Origin: Rhodosorus marinus CCMP1338
Lineage: Eukaryota > Plantae > Rhodophyta
Direction of reading: 5' to 3'
Assembly: GCA_029953675.1 (NCBI GenBank)
Contig: JAMWBK010000004.1
Location: 3,127,942-3,191,941 of the forward strand
Length of the DNA stretch: 64,000 nucleotides
Part shown: in pieces, positions 58,682 through 64,000 of the stretch
Position numbering within the stretch: position 1 is the first letter of the stretch
How the letters are laid out: each line of letters starts with the position of its first letter
The notes under the pieces: model-generated
The model's input: only the letters and a program-made list of their open reading frames with translations
Told to the model about the DNA's origin: nothing
Databases searched by the model: none
Made by a program: the position numbers and the translations under genes

Positions 58682-60265
58682 ATGCCAAACACTGGCACTT
58701 CCCCTCTGTTTGGGGAGGGGAATTCGAAGAATACCGGTGCAATGAGCGGAATGCTGCCTGCCTCTCCAATTGCTGAACGAGAGGACGGGCATGGGTCACA
58801 TGATGGACTACAAGCGACTACTTTACGCCCAGAAGAACCGTGCCAGGAGGGGAGTCGGACAGAGCCTTCTACGTCATTCTCTCCCGCTAACACGTTCCTC
58901 CACCAACTTCGAAGCTACGATCAGTGCTATCACGCCCTCGGAATTGGGGAGCAGGACATCGCGAACTTCTACAAAGCAGTCTTCAATCTCTACTCGCGCA
59001 TTAACAGTACCACAGAGATACATAATGTCACCAGCCGCCTCACGGAACTTGCACAGAAGCCCCACATGTGGCAAGCTTCTGCACAGACTTCGAATCCCTC
59101 GGGAGCTTCGGCGCATCACCGGCCGACGGCGGTGGTCAATCAACTTGCGGCCGGAACGGGCTTCAATCAAGTTCCAGTCGGGACAGGTGTCCCTGCGGGT
59201 GTCCGGTTTGAGACGGCTTTCCCGGCCCTTGGGAATGACACCCCCAGACCCACCTACGCGGCGGTTTCGGCGGTAGAAGTACCAGAGAACGGTGTAGAGA
59301 CACCCATCCGCACCATGCGAAGGCCTGGGCCGCAGACGCAACATGCCGCCCTGAAGCAGTTACACGCCACAGTGGGAGGGGCCAGCTGGGGCCCTGAGAC
59401 CACGCCAGTGCTTGTTACCCTCCGAAATATCCGTCCCCCACGACAGGATGAGGTGGCTGCTTCTGACTTCACTACGGTCCTCTGCCGGGCGTTGGGCATT
59501 CCCGGCTCGTATGTGGCGCATTTGGACTTTATCTCTTCACACGTGAGCCTCGTGTGCCACCCTGATGCAATTCCTCTTCTCCAAAGCGCAATCAGCCGGG
59601 GTGTGTTCCGGACTGGGATTTTCGGATCCTTTACCATGCGACACCCCGATCGACAGGTGAGCCTGTACACCGGGCACGGTTTAGAGGCGGATAACCTGCT
59701 GGGGTTCAACGAGCGGCAACGACTCGCCGGCGGAGATGTCAGGGCTCAAACGCTGAGACGAGCGATCGAGCAGATCATACGCATCCGCGCGCGGCTGAGC
59801 CGTCGACATCTCTCGTTTACAACTCTCGCCCGAGTGCACGAGATGCTGGACCAACGGCTTGAAAAGTTACAAGCCCTTCAACAGCAACCTGCGGTATCCA
59901 GGGAGAGCGCGGAACCCCTAACGACTGCAGCCGCACCAAACGCAGCCGCTGAAGCCTCGTCGTCTCCGGACGATGCACAGGCAGCCTGTGGGACTGTTGC
60001 CACTCAGGGTGACTCCGGTGGAACATCCCAAGTACCGCAGGATGTGGAAGAAGAGGACAATCCCCATGCGGAACTCTCGTGCAACTTGCCGGAACCTCCT
60101 CAACTTAAGCGCTCGCGCCGGTCTGCCAACGGATCTAGCACGGATGCAGAAATGACACCAGCTCCCCTCGACCCCACACCGAGCGAGAATGGACTACAAC
60201 CTGAAACTGCAGCCAATACAAACCCGTCGGTTCAGCAGGAAGCGCAGGACAACGAGCAATCATAA
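58682..60265 (+). CDS. ORF1 protein of family B (527 aa, no recognised family)
   Basis: ATG-initiated intact ORF with homologues in three other elements in the window. Confidence 0.88.
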   Translation: MPNTGTSPLFGEGNSKNTGAMSGMLPASPIAEREDGHGSHDGLQATTLRPEEPCQEGSRTEPSTSFSPANTFLHQLRSYDQCYHALGIGEQDIANFYKAVFNLYSRINSTTEIHNVTSRLTELAQKPHMWQASAQTSNPSGASAHHRPTAVVNQLAAGTGFNQVPVGTGVPAGVRFETAFPALGNDTPRPTYAAVSAVEVPENGVETPIRTMRRPGPQTQHAALKQLHATVGGASWGPETTPVLVTLRNIRPPRQDEVAASDFTTVLCRALGIPGSYVAHLDFISSHVSLVCHPDAIPLLQSAISRGVFRTGIFGSFTMRHPDRQVSLYTGHGLEADNLLGFNERQRLAGGDVRAQTLRRAIEQIIRIRARLSRRHLSFTTLARVHEMLDQRLEKLQALQQQPAVSRESAEPLTTAAAPNAAAEASSSPDDAQAACGTVATQGDSGGTSQVPQDVEEEDNPHAELSCNLPEPPQLKRSRRSANGSSTDAEMTPAPLDPTPSENGLQPETAANTNPSVQQEAQDNEQS

Positions 60266-63200
60266 TGCCGTCCAGACGCAGGGGACGTAAACGCCCACGA
60301 GAAGAGCCTCTGTTCTTCTCTGACCGGGAGGCCTGGATTTGCCGCTGGAACGCTTTCGTAGCTGAGATCACGGAGGAGGGGAGGCATTGGACGCGCATCA
60401 CACATTGCCCGGTGCCCACACGACGCTTCGTGCCCCGAGCACACGTTTCTACATGGCGCCGGCTTCTTCGGGCTGCCCTCGAGCTTTCTCTGGACGCGAC
60501 AGCACCTCCATTAGCGAGCCTGCTTCTCGTCGGCCTTCCGGGTCTGGTCCTGGGCCACTCCACCCTTGACACAGGGGTACAGGTCGCACATGTACTAGAA
60601 GGAGAGTTCCAGCGGGCCTGGACGGCCCTTGAGGAGAAAGCCGCCTCAATGAAACCCCCACCTACACCACACGGTGCCGAAGACGTTCGTCGACGAGTCG
60701 ATGGCCGCCGCAAACAAGCACTTAAACTAGCACGACTCGGCCGCCTCTCGGATGCTGCAAGAAGACTCGAGGCCACCGAAATGGCGCCTTTCACAGCGGC
60801 TACCTGGCGGCAACTACAACAGCTCTTTCCGAGCCCCGCCAGTGTGGATTCACCGGTGGAGATTGTGGAAGCCCTCCAAGGCCTACTCACGACGGCCAAC
60901 GACACACTGAAGAGGCGGTGGGATCCAAAAACGGCTGCCGACGAAGGCCTCCTCTCAATCGTGGCACGACTACCTCAAGGGACGAGCCCTGGACCGAGTG
61001 GAATGCGCGCGGAACATTTGCAAGGGGCGAACCAACAGACTCAGGTAGCACTGATTCGGGTCTTGCGCCAACTCGCCACCGCGCCCGGGCGATTCTCACC
61101 CCTTCTGCTACGAGCCTTGCGTAGCAGTAGACTTCTGCCTTTCTCGAAGCCAGCACAGGGGGTAACTCCCAGGCCAAGGCAGGGATCCGCCCAATAGGCG
61201 TGCCGGAGGTCCTACGCAAAGTGGCAACTCAGTGGGCGCTGCGAGCGGTGATGGACCGGGTCCGCGAGCTGTTGGTGCCGTTGCAGCTGGGAATCGGGGT
61301 CAGCGGTGGCTGTGAACGGTCACTGCACGCCATCCAGGCCCACCTGTCATGTGAACCAGACTCGGTTGCACTTCGACTGGACCTCGAGAACGCCTTTAAC
61401 CGCATTGATAGGCGAATTGCCAAGAAACTGGTGGCCCAGCACTTCCCTGAGCTCACAGCGGTGTATAGGCTCGGATATGGAGGCGATGGGGAAACACCGA
61501 CGCTTTGTGGATGGCGGACGACGCAAGAAGACAACCACCTGCACAAGGACAGACTGACGCTGCAAGCAGAAACCGGAGTACAACAAGGCGACCCTTTAGG
61601 TCCGGTGCTACATGCGCTCTCCCTGGCCCCTTTTCTCAAGGCACTCAGCAACAAGTTTCAGGGAGTCACGATCGTCGCCATCCATGACGACATCACTCTG
61701 GTCGGCGCATTGCCTATATTGAAGGAGGCTCTCCAATGGGGACAGACCCTGCTACCGTGCCTGGGAGCCCGCCTGCAGCTCAGCAAATGCAGCCTTTATG
61801 GTCGATCCCTCACCACTACACGCTTGGTGAACCGTGCGATTCCCGGCGTGCAAGTGACTAGGGAAGGCCTCACAATCCACTCCATCCCCATCGGCACTCG
61901 GCAGTACATCGAGCACGAGTGTAGACGGCTGCAGAACAAACACGAGACGCTGTTCAAGGAGATTTCGAGCCTGCCAACCGATGAACTGCCTATCCAGCTT
62001 GCGCTTTACAGGTATTGCGCTGAAACGAGGTTGGATTACACCTTGCGATGCCTTGCCTACCCGTTTGGACGAGCTCTGGCCAGGGAAGCGGACAGTATGA
62101 GCAGATACCACTTAGAGGTCTTGTTTGGTGGCCTCTGCACGACGGCCTTGGTCGAGGATGAGCTGATACACCCGGTCAACGAGCAGATTTCGTTGCCCTG
62201 CCGATGGGGCGGATTGGGGTTCGCGACCCGTGCAAGAATACAGCCGATTGCGTTCTTCTCGGCCTGGGCGCAGACCCTGAGAGACCATGCGGGTCAGTGG
62301 CCCTATATAACGGAGGTGGAGCGACAGGTCAGGCAAGGTGGCGACATACACATCAGCCACCTAGGCCGACTGCAGGTGTCAACGGAGACGATCGGTGAGC
62401 AAATCCGCGCGTCTAGTCGTGCTATAGAGCGGAGACTGTGCCCAGACACGGCGCCGCGGATCCGGAGACTGGCCAAGCTGCCCGAATTGAGAGACGAAGC
62501 CGCACCTGAAGTAGCGGACTCCCCTCGCGATTGGAACCATGGTTCAATACAACAAACCCTCTCTAGGGAGGCACACCATCGCGCGTTCCAACGTTTGGTC
62601 GGCAACGAGGGCGTTTCGCATGAACACCGTGCAAGAATCCGATCGGCGGCCGGCTCGGGTTCGGGGGTATGGCTGCGGGAACTACCGTTGCTAGAGCCGA
62701 GAAAGCTGGACTCACAGGAATTGCAGGTAAATGTTCGACAACTGCTGGGGCTGCCGATTCCGGGGTTGCGGACAACGGAGCAGTGCACCAGTTGCCGTAG
62801 GAAACATGGCCCAAATGGGGTGCAACGATTTCAACACTGTCCAACATCGACGGGACTATGGCAGAGACGGCACGACGAGCTCTGTACGGAGCTAGGGAGA
62901 TGGCTCAACCGATGGAATTTTCTTGACATACAGCAAGAACCGCAGAGGTATTTTGAGAATTACCAGCTGCGACCAGATATCGTGGCGACCCATCCAAAGA
63001 CCTTTCAAAAGTACGCGATCGATGTGACGGTGATTTCACCGCTACAGGAAAAGTACATAAGGCGTGGCAGTGCAGAAAACGGGTATGCAGCGAAACTGGC
63101 GGAGAACTACAAGCTCGCGCACTATAAAGAGGCGATGAGTGTGGAAAAGCCCGAGGAGAAGTTCATCCCGATCGCGATAGAGACCTTTGGGCGGAGCGGG

Positions 63201-63401
63201 AGGTTGACGCAAGACTTTTTGCGGGACAGTTGTAAACACTTGTTGCATCGAGATGAGGAGCTAAGGGATGCACGATCCCAGTTAAACAGGATCCTATGGC
63301 AGGGCAACGCGGCGATTGCGCTTGGCGCTCTACGTGCGGACCAGTTGGAGAACCCACTGGTTCCTGTTTTTTCTTTTGAACGTAGCATGAGACCCCGGTA
63401 G
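60265..63401 (+). CDS. ORF2 of family B: reverse transcriptase plus restriction-like endonuclease (~1045 aa; one -1 frameshift near 61160-61195)
   Basis: SPGPSGMRAEHL, GIRPIGVPEVLRK, LDLENAFN, GVQQGDPLGP, AIHDDIT, LQLSKC, CTSC...QHC, RRHDELC, RPDIV, IDVTV, FIPIAIETFG. Confidence 0.93.
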
Positions 63402-63481
63402 CGGGGTTGTTGTGAGTGATTCCCTAGATAGCAATCGGCTTAGTGTTACGTCGCATTAGGCGACTGCCCAATAAAGCTCAC

Positions 63482-63535
63482 GGTTACGTTAGTCTGGGGT
63501 TACGTTAGTCTGGGGTTACGTTAGTCTGGGGTTAC
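63482..63535 (+). repeat. Three perfect telomeric units between elements
   Basis: GG(TTACGTTAGTCTGGGG)3TTAC. Confidence 0.97.
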
Positions 63536-63729
63536 AGGATCCTATGGCAGGGCAACGCGGCGATTGCGCTTGGCGCTCTACGTGCGGACCAGTTGGAGAA
63601 CCCACTGGTTCCTGTTTTTTCTTTTGAACGTAGCATGAGACCCCGGTAGCGGGGTTGTTGTGAGTGATTCCCTAGATAGCAATCGGCTTAGTGTTACGTC
63701 GCATTAGGCGACTGCCCAATAAAGCTCAC
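63534..63729 (+). mobile_element. 196-bp 5'-truncated copy of family B (most distal insertion)
   Basis: Matches 63286-63481. Confidence 0.95.
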
Positions 63730-64000
63730 GGTTACGTTAGTCTGGGGTTACGTCTGGGGTTACGTTAGTCTGGGGTTACGTTAGTCTGGGGTTACGTTAG
63801 TCTGGGGTTACGTTAGTCTGGGGTTACGTTAGTCTGGGGTTACGTTAGTCTGGGGTTACGTTAGTCTGGGGTTACGTTAGTCTGGGGTTACGTTAGTCTG
63901 GGGTTACGTTAGTCTGGGGTTACGTTAGTCTGGGGTTACGTTAGTCTGGGGTTACGTTAGTCTGGGGTTACGTTAGTCTGGGGTTACGTTAGTCTGGGGT
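63730..64000 (+). repeat. Terminal telomeric array (TTACGTTAGTCTGGGG)n, about 16 units plus one 12-nt variant
   Basis: Homogeneous 16-bp tandem array with the G-rich strand running 5'->3' to the end of the sequence. Confidence 0.93.

Larger units (their letters stand above)
58630..63481 (+). mobile_element. Apparently full-length (~4.85 kb) two-ORF telomere-targeting non-LTR retrotransposon, family B (CRE-like RT plus REL endonuclease)
   Basis: Short 5' UTR, ORF1, TAATG, ORF2 with RT, zinc knuckle and PD-(D/E)xK-like nuclease, 80-nt 3' UTR, no poly(A); telomeric repeats on both sides. Confidence 0.95.

Noticed and set aside
39333-63388. Numerous minus-strand and off-frame ORFs over the retroelements
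   Set aside because: Shadows of GC-rich element ORFs; duplicated only because the elements are duplicated.
57727-64000. Short repeats separated by unique-looking 'spacers' resembling a CRISPR array
   Set aside because: Host is eukaryotic, repeats are tandem telomeric units, the 'spacers' are 75-4850 bp retroelement pieces, and there are no cas genes.
1-64000. Telomerase RNA template within the window
   Set aside because: No plus-strand CCCCAGACTAACGTAA found; CACAGACTAA at about 52622 lies inside an element relic.

Overview
Eukaryotic chromosome arm ending in a telomere at the right edge of the window. The host is probably a unicellular red alga (inference from compact genes, short GT-AG introns with CTAAC-like branch points, and 'MAF' plastid transit peptides). 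About 0.5-37.4 kb is ordinary gene-dense sequence: plastid ABC-F, CBM48 protein, CCDC137-like, NDUFA2, PSMG3, three paralogous C2H2 genes, MMTAG2, ALG14, CAX, WDR74/Nsa1, cytidine deaminase, and a small two-exon plastid-protein gene absent from the ORF track. From about 35.6 kb to the end is a layered subtelomere. It holds a head-to-tail array of several divergent families of non-LTR retrotransposon with a CRE-like RT and restriction-like endonuclease, inserted into an unusually long 16-bp telomeric repeat (TTACGTTAGTCTGGGG)n. These elements have two ORFs joined by a TAATG stop-start, an IHDD RT motif, covarying 3' UTR hairpins and no poly(A) tail, and all point toward the chromosome end. The array also contains a Ty3/gypsy chromovirus, a related non-LTR element between 46-bp direct repeats, a secreted beta-propeller-like gene, and a break apparently healed by telomere addition. 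No database searches were run. Exon boundaries were read by eye, and several frameshifts in the repeats may be homopolymer assembly errors.
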